DNA from: a virus
IMG/VR virus record: IMGVR_UViG_3300046837_000274
Length of the DNA stretch: 64,000 nt
Strand: one strand, 5' to 3'
A program made the translations under genes and the position numbers. This document shows, in pieces, positions 7,830 to 16,666 of this stretch. How positions within the stretch are numbered: the first letter of the stretch is position 1; every line of letters starts with the position of its first letter. The notes under the pieces are model-generated. The model ran no database searches and was not told the origin of the DNA. It saw nothing but the letters and a program-made list of their open reading frames with translations.

Positions 7830-7929
7830 CACGCCGAACGGTGTCGGCGATGCACTCGGTGATGAAGCCCGCCAGGACGCTCAGCCCGAGCGCGATCAGC
7901 ATCCCGGCCAGGAGGAAGAACAGCGTCAC
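7822..7929 (-). CDS. 35-aa single-TM peptide
   Basis: GTG 7929 forms a GTGA overlap with the upstream stop. Sequence: VTLFFLLAGMLIALGLSVLAGFITECIADTVRRDG. Confidence 0.3.
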   Translation of the reverse strand: MTLFFLLAGMLIALGLSVLAGFITECIADTVRRDG

Positions 7930-8132
7930 GCGGCCTCGCGCCCAGCCATAAGCCGCAGGATCGCCACAAGATCCGCTCTCAATTGGTCGGCACCGCCGAA
8001 CGAGACGCGGAATGCCTGCTGCTTGCCATCTTCCGAGACAACGGCGATCTGCACGTAGGAGCCGTGATAATCCCGCTCGCCCATGCCGTTGATCGGGCCG
8101 CTTGCGCTGACATCGGCCTTGGGAGGGATCAC
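7926..8132 (-). CDS. hypothetical protein
   Basis: 68 aa from GTG 8132 (GTGA overlap with the 8129 stop). Contains 'MGERDYHGSYVQIAVVSEDGKQQAFRVSFGG'. Confidence 0.4.
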   Translation of the reverse strand: MIPPKADVSASGPINGMGERDYHGSYVQIAVVSEDGKQQAFRVSFGGADQLRADLVAILRLMAGREAA

Positions 8133-8515
8133 GCCTTCTCCGTCTGCGTTGCCGTCTCGGCGATGTAGAACTGGTCCGCATCGTCGCACGCCTGACCCTG
8201 GCCGCCCTTGAAGCGGATCACGCGCTCATGCACGGGCTGGCCCACCCACTGGTCGACGACCTTCAGACCCTCGTCGGTCTGCTCTAACAGGATAGCGATG
8301 TGGCTGGATCCGTCCGTGGCGTTGGCATAGAGCCCGTCGTCGTCGAAGGTCGCGATGATGGTGCCGCGCGGAAAGCCCGAACCCTTTGCCGGGTTGCCAC
8401 GGCGCAGCACCGAGGAATGCGGCACGCCAGCCACCGTCTGCACGTGCACCATGCAGTGACCGTTGCCGACCACTTCGCCAAGGCGCGCGTGCGTGTCAGG
8501 AGCGACAAAAGACAT
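8129..8515 (-). CDS. papain-fold (CHAP/NlpC-P60-like, BPSL0067-like) putative peptidoglycan hydrolase
   Basis: 128 aa. Cys...His arrangement: 'GNGHCMVHVQ', 'PRGTIIATFDDDGLYANATDGSSHIAILL', 'VVDQWVGQPVHERVIRF'. Family assignment is from memory only. Confidence 0.5.
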   Translation of the reverse strand: MSFVAPDTHARLGEVVGNGHCMVHVQTVAGVPHSSVLRRGNPAKGSGFPRGTIIATFDDDGLYANATDGSSHIAILLEQTDEGLKVVDQWVGQPVHERVIRFKGGQGQACDDADQFYIAETATQTEKA

Positions 8516-8518
8516 GGA

Positions 8519-8824
8519 TCAGTCCTCCTTCTGTTGCAGCAGGAAGCCGAGAAATTGGTGCAAGATGACGACGCCTGTCCACTCCAGATCGATCACCACT
8601 TCGGCGCTGATCACCTTGCCGGTCTGCGTGCTCGTGACGCGATTCGCGCTGAGTTCGATGACGACGTGCTCCACACTCAATTCCGGACTGTAGCGCACCC
8701 GCAGGTTGGTTTTGTCGACTGGCTCTTCGTTGAGCAGCGAGATTTCATCATCGTCGGTCGCGCCGTGCTGGAAGACGTCTGCGCCGCCCGTGTCGATCAG
8801 GAGCAGCGAGACGTCCGTGCTCAT
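8519..8824 (-). CDS. hypothetical protein
   Basis: Start reset to ATG 8824 (ATGA overlap). 101 aa, acidic, beta-rich. The upstream part of the track ORF is Arg-rich junk. Confidence 0.45.
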   Translation of the reverse strand: MSTDVSLLLIDTGGADVFQHGATDDDEISLLNEEPVDKTNLRVRYSPELSVEHVVIELSANRVTSTQTGKVISAEVVIDLEWTGVVILHQFLGFLLQQKED

Positions 8825-9417
8825 AGCTTGATCGGCACGATGTGGGCCGTGATGTAGCTGGACGGAAGCACCGTCAGGTCGTCGTCGACCGCGCAGAGCG
8901 CGCACGGCTTCACGATCTGCCCGGCTTGCAGCAGGCCGGTGTAGCCGGTGTGCTGCATCGTCATTGCCGGGAAGACTTGCACCACCCCGCGCGCGAGTAG
9001 CGTCCCCGCCTTGTCGATGCCGATGCCCATCTCGGCAATTGACTGCGGCGCGGTGGCGAACTCGATCCACAGATCGATCACGCAGACGCAATCCCCGGTC
9101 ACCGCGAAGCCTTCGGTGACGGACGTGATCAGCGATGTGTCGCCGAACGCTTCTGCTCCGGCGATGTCCAGAGGGTGCGGATCGCCATCCATCGTGAGCG
9201 TCGCCTCGACGAGGTTGGCGTAGCAAAAGCAGGTCCCCGCAGCCGCATCGGCTTGCCCCGAGGGAGGATCGGGAGCGAATGCCAGTGCGACTGCGAAGTT
9301 GTTAGAGCGGATGTCCCACGTGCGCGTGCGATAGAGCCATCCGCCCTCGGTGCGCAGGCGGTCAACAGTGCCACCATCGTTGTCGGCGACGATTTCGTAG
9401 GTGTGCAGGTCGGTCAT
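8821..9417 (-). CDS. hypothetical virion-module protein with C1q/TNF-like C-terminal pattern
   Basis: Start reset to ATG 9417 (ATGA overlap). 198 aa. The C-terminal ~135 aa has a jelly-roll-like pattern: 'TEGFAVTGDCVCVIDLWIEF', 'GLLQAGQIVKPCAL', 'SSYITAHIV'. Confidence 0.4.
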   Translation of the reverse strand: MTDLHTYEIVADNDGGTVDRLRTEGGWLYRTRTWDIRSNNFAVALAFAPDPPSGQADAAAGTCFCYANLVEATLTMDGDPHPLDIAGAEAFGDTSLITSVTEGFAVTGDCVCVIDLWIEFATAPQSIAEMGIGIDKAGTLLARGVVQVFPAMTMQHTGYTGLLQAGQIVKPCALCAVDDDLTVLPSSYITAHIVPIKL

Positions 9418-9602
9418 GGCAGCAACCATCCGCTTCTGGAGAGGCTGAACACTACCACCGCCAAGCACAAGACGACGATTGCCAGCTTCAGGATCGGGTC
9501 GATCAGCACCGGGCCGCGCGCGACGATGACGATCAGATCGACCGCCCAGCAGGCCAAGTAGGCGACGACAAAGTAGACGATGGACTTTTCTTGCATCGGC
9601 AT
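9414..9602 (-). CDS. two-TM membrane protein (holin-like candidate)
   Basis: 62 aa with TMs 'IVYFVVAYLACWAVDLIVIV' and 'LKLAIVVLCLAVVVFSL'. It is the first gene after the capsid gene. Confidence 0.45.
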   Translation of the reverse strand: MPMQEKSIVYFVVAYLACWAVDLIVIVARGPVLIDPILKLAIVVLCLAVVVFSLSRSGWLLP

Positions 9603-9647
9603 CCCCCGACACTTTGGCCTGTCACTTTGACAGGCCAGAATGTCTGC

Positions 9648-10859
9648 TTAGGCGAGCGTGCCGTAGGTGAACGCCTTCGGACGATAGACCGCCAGCGCCA
9701 CCCGCTCTTCCGCGCGGATCGTAATCATGTTGCGCACGAAGTTGTCCTGATCTTCGGTCGAGATGAGGACTTCAATTGCCATGCGGTCGAACAACTGCGC
9801 ACCCATGCGGAACGCACCAGCGAGGAAGTGGCTGACCGTCATAGCCTGCGTGTCGACGACCGGCAGGTTCCAGAGCCGCTTGCCGATGGCTCCGGTGGGA
9901 TCGCCGACGATGTAGCGGTTCTGCGCATCCTTGGTTAGCTCGATCTTCGCCCAATCGGTCGGGTGGAGAACGAAACCAGAAGCCGGGTAGAGCGCGAGCG
10001 TGGCTTGCAGCGCCGCCAGCCGCAGGGTGTCGATGTTCTGCAACGCGGTCGGCGTGAACGCTGCCGAGTAGGCCGTCGCCTGCGGCACGATGCCGAACAG
10101 GTGCTGGCCGGTGCCGTCGCCGTAGAGGATTTCGCCCTCTTCGACATATTGCAGACCCCAGCGCAGACGTCCGTCGATCGTCGATTGCAGCATCGGCGCG
10201 TCGTCGAGAATCTGCCGTGACGCCTTCATGAAGTGCGCGATGGTGCGAACCGGCGTGCTCTTCAGATCGAAGGTGATGTTCGACTGCGGCTTCAGCGCCC
10301 CTTCCGAGACCACCGCTGCCTTGTTCGACGCCGCCGACTGAGGATCGTCCGTTTCGACTGCATACTCGATGGCGTTGCTGGTGGTCGAACCCGGCATCAC
10401 GAGGTCACGGACGACCAAAGGGCGGAGCGGAGCCTGCACCATCCCCACGCGTTCCGGAATCACCAACGACGTCGCCGCCGAGACGCCGGTGCCCCAAGTC
10501 GCGCTGCCGCTCATGATGTCCTTCAGTTCGATAGTCACGCGCGCCTGCCCGTTCTTCCGCTGCAAGAGCGCTTTGACTTCCTCGTTCTCGACCACAAGCT
10601 GGCCGATGCTCTTGCTCTGCGCAGGGCCATCACCAGGGCGACGGGCCATCTTCTGCTCGATCTCGCCGACGCGCGCGCCAAGCTCGTTCATCGCCGACAG
10701 CGCCTTGTCGGCGTTCGCTTTCGTCTCGGCGGTGACGTCGCCGAGGGCCTTCATCTCGGCCTGCGCCTTCTCCGCGAACTTTTTGACTTCGTCGGTCGCG
10801 TTCTTCAGGTCGACGGCAAGCTGCTTGAGTTCAGTTGTGCCGGTATCGTCGAGTGGCAT
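9648..10859 (-). CDS. major capsid protein, HK97 family
   Basis: 403 aa. N-terminal coiled delta-domain-like region, then typical HK97-fold blocks ('GTGVSAATSLVIPE', 'VRDLVMPGSTTSNAIEYAVE', 'GDPTGAIGKRLWNLPVVDTQAM'). Follows the protease gene. Confidence 0.9.
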   Translation of the reverse strand: MPLDDTGTTELKQLAVDLKNATDEVKKFAEKAQAEMKALGDVTAETKANADKALSAMNELGARVGEIEQKMARRPGDGPAQSKSIGQLVVENEEVKALLQRKNGQARVTIELKDIMSGSATWGTGVSAATSLVIPERVGMVQAPLRPLVVRDLVMPGSTTSNAIEYAVETDDPQSAASNKAAVVSEGALKPQSNITFDLKSTPVRTIAHFMKASRQILDDAPMLQSTIDGRLRWGLQYVEEGEILYGDGTGQHLFGIVPQATAYSAAFTPTALQNIDTLRLAALQATLALYPASGFVLHPTDWAKIELTKDAQNRYIVGDPTGAIGKRLWNLPVVDTQAMTVSHFLAGAFRMGAQLFDRMAIEVLISTEDQDNFVRNMITIRAEERVALAVYRPKAFTYGTLA

Positions 10860-10877
10860 CGGATGCCTCCATTGGGG

Positions 10878-11924
10878 TTAAGCTGCGAGTGAGAAACCAC
10901 GAAGCGCGTCCGCAATCGTCTTCATCGCGTCCGCAGTCGCTTCAGCCACCACCGCCGCAGCCTCATCCCGAGGCGTCGTCGCTGCTTTGAACCCGTGAGC
11001 GGCTATCTCGCGGGCCAAGCGATTCGAGTATCCCGCATCCCGCAGGACCGCCTCGAAATCGCGGATCGTTTCCGGCCTGCTGACCGACTTCGGCTCATTG
11101 CCGGACAGGCAACGGTATGCCGTGCGCAGGCAATCCTGCAACTGCTGCCGCTCGTCGACGGTGGGAGAGTCGCCGCCCGCCAGCGTCTGATTGTGCAGCT
11201 TGATGGCGTTCGTCACCGCCGCGAGCGCGCCAGCATGATCACCGTGCGCCAGCGTCGATTTGACTGCCGCGATCTGCGCCTGTGGGTTTGACGGCTCGCG
11301 CACGATGTCGACGCTGAACAGGTTCAGCTTCTTGAGCCAGCGCTTCGGCTCGCCCGGCTTCTTGCCATAATCGGCCCCGCCTTCCGGCACTTGAAACGCA
11401 ATCGAGAGGCCCTTCATCGCCCCGTCGCGCATCAGGCCGATGACGCGTTTGGAGTGGTCACTGTCGAGCGCGCTGATCTTGCCGGTTCCCTTCAGGCCGT
11501 TTTCGTCTTCCTCCATATTGAGCCAGACGCCGACCGGCAGCGGATCCCCGCCGAACATGGCGAACGAGTGCTCGACGAACAGGCCGGGCATCTCGCCCTT
11601 CGCTTTGAAGTCAGCGAGGCTTTCACTGAATGCGCCGGGCAGGACGATGTCACCGTGCCAGTCCATCGTGTTGAAGACGCTGCCGTGGCCTTCGAACGTG
11701 CCCGGCTCGACCCCGCTGCCCTCGACGAACTTGAACTCGACAGGGGCCAGGAGACGTCCGACCGATTTTGCCGCCTTCGGATCGAACAGATCACAGACGT
11801 CGGACGCCGCGATCTTGCCCTGGACATCAGTGCAGCCGCTTCCGGTGAACATCGAGCACTTGCCGCAGTTTCGCGCCGAGCTTCCGGTTCGGTAGTTAGC
11901 ATCCGCCTGCGTCATTTTGGCCAT
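10878..11924 (-). CDS. HK97-family prohead protease with N-terminal Cys-rich domain and C-terminal scaffold-like tail
   Basis: 348 aa. 'FEGHGSVFNTMDWHGDIVLPGAF', 'GVWLNMEEDENGLKGTGKI', 'GLSIAFQV', 'LFSVDIVREPSNP'. N-terminal 'NCGKCSMFTGSGCTDVQGKIAASDVCDLF'. Confidence 0.85.
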   Translation of the reverse strand: MAKMTQADANYRTGSSARNCGKCSMFTGSGCTDVQGKIAASDVCDLFDPKAAKSVGRLLAPVEFKFVEGSGVEPGTFEGHGSVFNTMDWHGDIVLPGAFSESLADFKAKGEMPGLFVEHSFAMFGGDPLPVGVWLNMEEDENGLKGTGKISALDSDHSKRVIGLMRDGAMKGLSIAFQVPEGGADYGKKPGEPKRWLKKLNLFSVDIVREPSNPQAQIAAVKSTLAHGDHAGALAAVTNAIKLHNQTLAGGDSPTVDERQQLQDCLRTAYRCLSGNEPKSVSRPETIRDFEAVLRDAGYSNRLAREIAAHGFKAATTPRDEAAAVVAEATADAMKTIADALRGFSLAA

Positions 11925-11972
11925 CGCCCACTAACCTTTCACGACCAGCTGTTCCCGTTTACCATCTTTCGC

Positions 11973-13310
11973 TCACGCAGCGACACCTTCTCGCGTGGTC
12001 GTCTGCCCTTCGGCTGCCGTGGTGCCGCCGGACTGAGACGTTCCTTCTGGCGGCTTGTAGCCTGGAGGCAGTGGCTTATCCGCCTTCCCACGCACGAACT
12101 CACCCAGCAGTTCAATCGGCAGCAGCGCCGCGTTCACCGTCAGATCGTCACCGCCCTTCATCGGCGGGTCGTTCTCCAGCGCGCGCACCTCGTTGCGCGT
12201 CTTCAGCCCGTGATCGACCATCGTCGCGTAGAGCCGAGCGCGCGTGTTACTGTCAGCGCGCAACAGCCCCTCGACATTGAATTCGCAGTAAACGTCCCGC
12301 CGCTCGCCGGGAACCAGCAGGCTTTTGCTGATCCGCGACTCGATGCGTCGCAGTTGCGGACGCAGGCAGAATTGCAGGAACCACAGGAGCATTTGCTCCA
12401 GGCCGCTGCCCCACGCCGTGGCGCTCTGGGTGTGCCCGATCATCGGCGGTGGCACGCCATACCAGCGGCAGAGTTCCTCGACGCCGAACTGGCGTGTGGT
12501 TAGAAGCTGCGCGTCTTCGGGCGGGATAGAGAGGCTGTCGAGTTTCCAGCCCCCTTCTAACAGTGGCACCTTTCCGCTGTTGATCGCTCCCGCGTAATCC
12601 GCGACCCACTCATCCTTGCGCTTGCGCTGCTCTGGCGTGAGGTATGTCGGCGCTGACAGCACGAGCGACGGGCGCATGCCGTTGCGAAAGAACGTGCCGG
12701 ACGCGCGCTCGGCGGCAATAGCTGAGCCGATCGTCTGCCGCCCCTGCTCGATGATCGAAAGACCGTAGAGCCCATCTAGAGAAAAGCCTTTCAGGTGGAA
12801 GATTTCCTCTTCCATTAGCTCGACGGTCTGCCCCATCCAGACGTAATAGTAACGGACCGAGCCGTCCGTCTGTTTGCGCGGCTGCACGCGATCAGGCCGC
12901 ATTGGTATCAGCGAGATAACACGCTTGCCGCTCCAGATGATCTGCGCGTAGGCGTTGCCCCACAACAGCAGTGATCCCACCATCGCTTCCCAGAACTCGA
13001 CCGCCGTCATGTCCGCGTTCGGAGAGTCGTGCAGGATGGTGAACAGCGGATGATCCCGCGCCAGCGTGCCGTAGTCGTTCTTGTCACGCGTGTAGGTCAG
13101 CAGCGGCAAGGTGGCGACGGTCTGCGCGATCAGGCGCACGCAAGCCCAGACAGCGGATAACTGCAACGCGGTGCCCGCGCTGACGACTTCCCCGGCGAAG
13201 TTGACCCCGCCGCTGAAGAACCCGACGAGTCGCGGATCGCTGATGTTGATCGCGCGCGCGACCGTGGTGACCGCCTTTAGCCGCAGCCGTTGCATCAGCG
13301 TCGACATCAC
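11973..13310 (-). CDS. portal protein, HK97 family
   Basis: 445 aa between terL and the protease. 'VWACVRLIAQTVATLPL', 'LLWGNAYAQI', 'RASGTFFRNGMRPS', 'WGSGLEQMLLWFLQFCLRP'. Confidence 0.9.
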   Translation of the reverse strand: MMSTLMQRLRLKAVTTVARAINISDPRLVGFFSGGVNFAGEVVSAGTALQLSAVWACVRLIAQTVATLPLLTYTRDKNDYGTLARDHPLFTILHDSPNADMTAVEFWEAMVGSLLLWGNAYAQIIWSGKRVISLIPMRPDRVQPRKQTDGSVRYYYVWMGQTVELMEEEIFHLKGFSLDGLYGLSIIEQGRQTIGSAIAAERASGTFFRNGMRPSLVLSAPTYLTPEQRKRKDEWVADYAGAINSGKVPLLEGGWKLDSLSIPPEDAQLLTTRQFGVEELCRWYGVPPPMIGHTQSATAWGSGLEQMLLWFLQFCLRPQLRRIESRISKSLLVPGERRDVYCEFNVEGLLRADSNTRARLYATMVDHGLKTRNEVRALENDPPMKGGDDLTVNAALLPIELLGEFVRGKADKPLPPGYKPPEGTSQSGGTTAAEGQTTTREGVAA

Positions 13311-15088
13311 AGGGTCACCGGATCGCTCATGAAGCCTTCCATCCCCGCGCTCGGGTCTTCGTCCATGCTACGCCCAATCGCCATGATGAGACTGGTTATT
13401 CCATCAATTCGCGCGACCGAGTGCTTTTTCGAAGGCATTCGATTCTCATTGCGGTCGGTAACGGCCATCATCGACGATGCCATCCATGTGAGGACTTCGT
13501 TGCCGCCGTGGTCAAGCTTTTCGCTCAGCAGCATGGCCTCTAACTCTTTTGTCGGTGCAGTGTAAGAGCGAATCCCCTGGATGAACTCGCTCATCGGCAC
13601 CCCTTGATCCGCAAGCGAGACGGCGAGGCTAGCAGCGTTCCACGGATCATAGGCGCACGTGATGCACTCCCCCAGCCTGCAATCCTCCACCACCGCATCG
13701 AAGATTTCGCTCTGATCCACGACGTTTCCCTGCGTGACCTCGATCAGACCCTCGTCGATCCAGCGGCGGTATTGCACCCGATCCCGGTCGCTCTTCTCTT
13801 CGACAGTGAACGCGGGCATCCAGAAGCGCGGCACGATGCGCCAGCGCGTCTCTTCCCCTTCGGGCGGGAACAGCTTGACCCACGCCGTCAAATCGACCTT
13901 CGAACTGATATCCAGCCCGCCGTAAAAGCGCCGCCCGTGCATCAGCGCCGGGTCGAACGGGCCAAGCGTGTTCTTCGCCCATACCGCCATGTCGATTGCA
14001 CGAACAGCCGATGACGTGCGCAGATTGAGCCGCAAGCGCTTGAACGACGCCAGCGCCGGGGGTGAGCGGGCCGCTTTTTGCGCCTGCCGCTTCAGATCGG
14101 ACAGCTTCAGGCTTATCCCGAGATTGGGGTTTGCCTTGATCCAGACCTTCGGATCGTCCCAGCGGTCTTCGCGATCGAGCGTGTAGACCAGCGCGAAGTA
14201 GTTATCGTCCTCGACCGTGCCTTCCAGCACTTGAATCGCGTAGGCGTTCTCGGCCGCATAGACGGACTCCGGGTTGTCGTCGCCAGCGGTCGTGATCAGC
14301 CACAGCAGCGGGTTGCGGCGCGCGCCCAGCGCCGTGTCGAGCACGTCGAGCACCGCGCGCGTGCGATGCTTGTGCAGTTCATCGACCAGCACGAGATGCG
14401 GATTCAGCCCGTCCAGCGTGCGGTCATCCGCCGACAGCGGTTCGAACTTCGATCCGGTGCTGTCCATCGCAATGTTGTATTTGAACACCGACAGCACGTT
14501 GAGAAGGTCAGGTGATCGCCGGGTCATCTGCTGCGCTTCGGAGAAGATGATGCGCGCCTGATCGCGCTTCGTCGCCGCCGCGTAAATCTCCGCTCCCGGC
14601 TCATCGTCCGCGACCAGAGCGAACAATCCCAGCCCCGCAGCCGTCGTGCTCTTGCCGTTCTTGCGGGCGACTTCCTCGTAGGCCGTGCGAAAGCGCCGCG
14701 TGCCGTCAGCGCGAAACCAGCCGTAGACGGATCCGATCGCGAACTCCTGCCACGGCGAGAGGTTCAGTTCTTCCCCGGCCCACTCGCCCTTGCTGTGGCA
14801 CAGGTATTCGGGAAAGAAGGTGATCGCGTAGCGCGCCCACTTTTTGTCGAACTGAAGCCCGCGCTCGGCACCGGTGGCGAGGTCGGCGAAGTGCCGCTCG
14901 GCAGCGAGGATGAGGTAGCGGCAGGCAGTGATGCGACCGTCGAGCACGTCCCACGCGTAGGCAGTCGCCGAGTCTACCCCACGGTGCGGGCGATGATCCG
15001 GCACGGTGATCTGCCCGCGCAGCGTCGAGCCGGAGCCGATGCGCGGCGCACGCCAGCCGACCATCGACGACGCGCTGGCTTTCGCCAT
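13307..15088 (-). CDS. terL: terminase large subunit
   Basis: 593 aa. ATPase blocks 'ARKNGKSTTAAGLGLF' and 'HLVLVDELH', and a nuclease-half block 'YGGLDISSKVDLTA'. ATGA overlap with the portal gene. Confidence 0.9.
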   Translation of the reverse strand: MAKASASSMVGWRAPRIGSGSTLRGQITVPDHRPHRGVDSATAYAWDVLDGRITACRYLILAAERHFADLATGAERGLQFDKKWARYAITFFPEYLCHSKGEWAGEELNLSPWQEFAIGSVYGWFRADGTRRFRTAYEEVARKNGKSTTAAGLGLFALVADDEPGAEIYAAATKRDQARIIFSEAQQMTRRSPDLLNVLSVFKYNIAMDSTGSKFEPLSADDRTLDGLNPHLVLVDELHKHRTRAVLDVLDTALGARRNPLLWLITTAGDDNPESVYAAENAYAIQVLEGTVEDDNYFALVYTLDREDRWDDPKVWIKANPNLGISLKLSDLKRQAQKAARSPPALASFKRLRLNLRTSSAVRAIDMAVWAKNTLGPFDPALMHGRRFYGGLDISSKVDLTAWVKLFPPEGEETRWRIVPRFWMPAFTVEEKSDRDRVQYRRWIDEGLIEVTQGNVVDQSEIFDAVVEDCRLGECITCAYDPWNAASLAVSLADQGVPMSEFIQGIRSYTAPTKELEAMLLSEKLDHGGNEVLTWMASSMMAVTDRNENRMPSKKHSVARIDGITSLIMAIGRSMDEDPSAGMEGFMSDPVTL

Positions 15089-15271
15089 TCACGGCGTCTG
15101 ATCGTCGTTGCGGTGCATGAAACGCTTCACCTCATCAACGTCTGACGGCTCTACTCCCTGCGAACGCAGGTAGGCTTCTGCCTGCTCGCCACGCAGGCGT
15201 AGCTCTTCGGCCACTGCATCAGTGCGCGCGCGACGCTGCGCGGCGTAAGCCGCCTGCCTTGGGTCTTCCAT
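15089..15271 (-). CDS. hypothetical protein
   Basis: 60-aa charged helical ORF between terS and terL. Confidence 0.4.
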   Translation of the reverse strand: MEDPRQAAYAAQRRARTDAVAEELRLRGEQAEAYLRSQGVEPSDVDEVKRFMHRNDDQTP

Positions 15272-15798
15272 CAGTGCATCACTGGGCGCGGCGGCGCGTT
15301 CGCAACGTATTCGGCCAGCGGGACGTGCTTGCGCTTGCCCTGCTTCGTGTCGGCATGCGGCAGCTTGACCTCGGGTCCGAGCGGCTGCGCGTAAGCGCGT
15401 GCTCGTGCTGTCGGCGAGAAGCCCAACTCCCCTGCGGCCTTCAGCATGATCATCGCCTGCTTGTTCATGATGCCGAGATAGAGCGACGGAAACGGCATCG
15501 GCATGCCGCGCTGGCGCATCAGCAGCGTTTGCGTCGTGCGCAGCAGTTCCGCAGCGCGGCGGTGGGTGTCTTCAGCCACCACCCAGACCGCCAGCACGCC
15601 TCTGTCCAGGCGGCGCAGCAGCCCCGGCGGTGCGCTTGCCAGCGCGTGCCTCCAGCCGTCGACCTGTTCTTCCGTCAGCCAGTGCGGAGGGTCTTCAAGT
15701 GAGCCTGGAGCCTGCGGCTCGGCGTCGTTCATGCGCCGATGCCCGGTCTTGCCGTGCAGCTTCGCCAGCGCGGTCGGCTTCGGCTTTCGCCCTTTCAT
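15271..15798 (-). CDS. terS: terminase small subunit, P27 family
   Basis: 175 aa. 'MKGRKPKPTALAKLHG...PPHWLTEEQVDGWRHAL' is the P27-type N-terminus. Lies directly upstream of terL. Confidence 0.8.
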   Translation of the reverse strand: MKGRKPKPTALAKLHGKTGHRRMNDAEPQAPGSLEDPPHWLTEEQVDGWRHALASAPPGLLRRLDRGVLAVWVVAEDTHRRAAELLRTTQTLLMRQRGMPMPFPSLYLGIMNKQAMIMLKAAGELGFSPTARARAYAQPLGPEVKLPHADTKQGKRKHVPLAEYVANAPPRPVMH

Positions 15799-16666
15799 CC
15801 CTCATCTCCTTCAGATTGGTCAGTCGCATTCCGAATTCGTTGATTCTGTCATCGACGCTGACCCCTTCTCGGAGCACTGGCCGATTGTGACGAAACGGTC
15901 GGTAGTCAACCTGATGGTGCCAGCGTCCATAGCGCGTCACCAGCTTCGTCACGTCGGGGCGGAGCGCCACCAGCATCTGGCTTTTCGGCAGCGTGCCACC
16001 GACGTAAATCGTGTCGGTGTTACCTCCCTTCATGTGCAAGGTGCGAACTTTTTTTTGCAAAAAGGCATTGAAAAGCACCGTGCACCAGCGGGCTTTGAGC
16101 ATGCGCAGACTCAAGTCCGTGTCTTCATTGTAACGGCCACGCCACCGAAACGGCACGTCATTGCGAATCAAATTGCATGAATAAATACGGGTATTGAACG
16201 TCAGCGGAGGGCGCACTCCCCGGCGCGGAGCGAACGACTCATAGTTCGGTCCTGCCATCGCGATGTTGCGATAACGCAGGCAGAAGTCCTCCACGGCATA
16301 GAACATCGTTCCGTCAGCGACCGGAACTTTGGCGTTCCGATGCCAGCGATAGAAGCGCTGAATGTTGTCATCGACTGTCCAATGCCACTCTGCGCCCTGT
16401 CTGATCGCGTGCTCCCAAGCGAAATTGCGTGCCGGTCCTGATCCTCGCCCTTTCCCCACGCCACGCGCGTCACAGGTGTCATACGCAAGCTGAAAGGCGG
16501 GGTCGAGGGTTAGAACCTCTCCCTTGATCACCTTGCGGTAGGCATCACGCTCCTGCTCTTCGACAATGATGTAGTAAGGCACTCGCAGTTCATCGAATGC
16601 GCGAGCCGTCAGGCGGCTTTCCCACCTTCCCTTACTGACAATGTAGACGGGAAAACGGGGGTTCAT
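15695..16666 (-). CDS. GT-A-like glycosyltransferase, paralog 2 (possibly TET/JBP-associated GT / GREB1-like family)
   Basis: 323 aa, alignable over its full length to 16663..17526. Shared blocks 'VYIVSKGR', 'GSGPARNFAW', 'WHWTVDDNI', 'NEDTDLSLRMLKA', 'GGNTD'. The 3' end overlaps terS by 104 nt. Confidence 0.45.
   Translation of the reverse strand: MNPRFPVYIVSKGRWESRLTARAFDELRVPYYIIVEEQERDAYRKVIKGEVLTLDPAFQLAYDTCDARGVGKGRGSGPARNFAWEHAIRQGAEWHWTVDDNIQRFYRWHRNAKVPVADGTMFYAVEDFCLRYRNIAMAGPNYESFAPRRGVRPPLTFNTRIYSCNLIRNDVPFRWRGRYNEDTDLSLRMLKARWCTVLFNAFLQKKVRTLHMKGGNTDTIYVGGTLPKSQMLVALRPDVTKLVTRYGRWHHQVDYRPFRHNRPVLREGVSVDDRINEFGMRLTNLKEMRDERAKAEADRAGEAARQDRASAHERRRAAGSRLT

Noticed and set aside
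10878-11060. Cys-rich N-terminal segment of the prohead protease ('NCGKCSMFTGSGCTDVQGKIAASDVC'), considered as a separate small gene or novel fusion.
   Set aside because: It is continuous in frame with the protease, with no internal start signal. I recall similar N-terminal extensions on alphaproteobacterial phage proteases, so it is not treated as novel.
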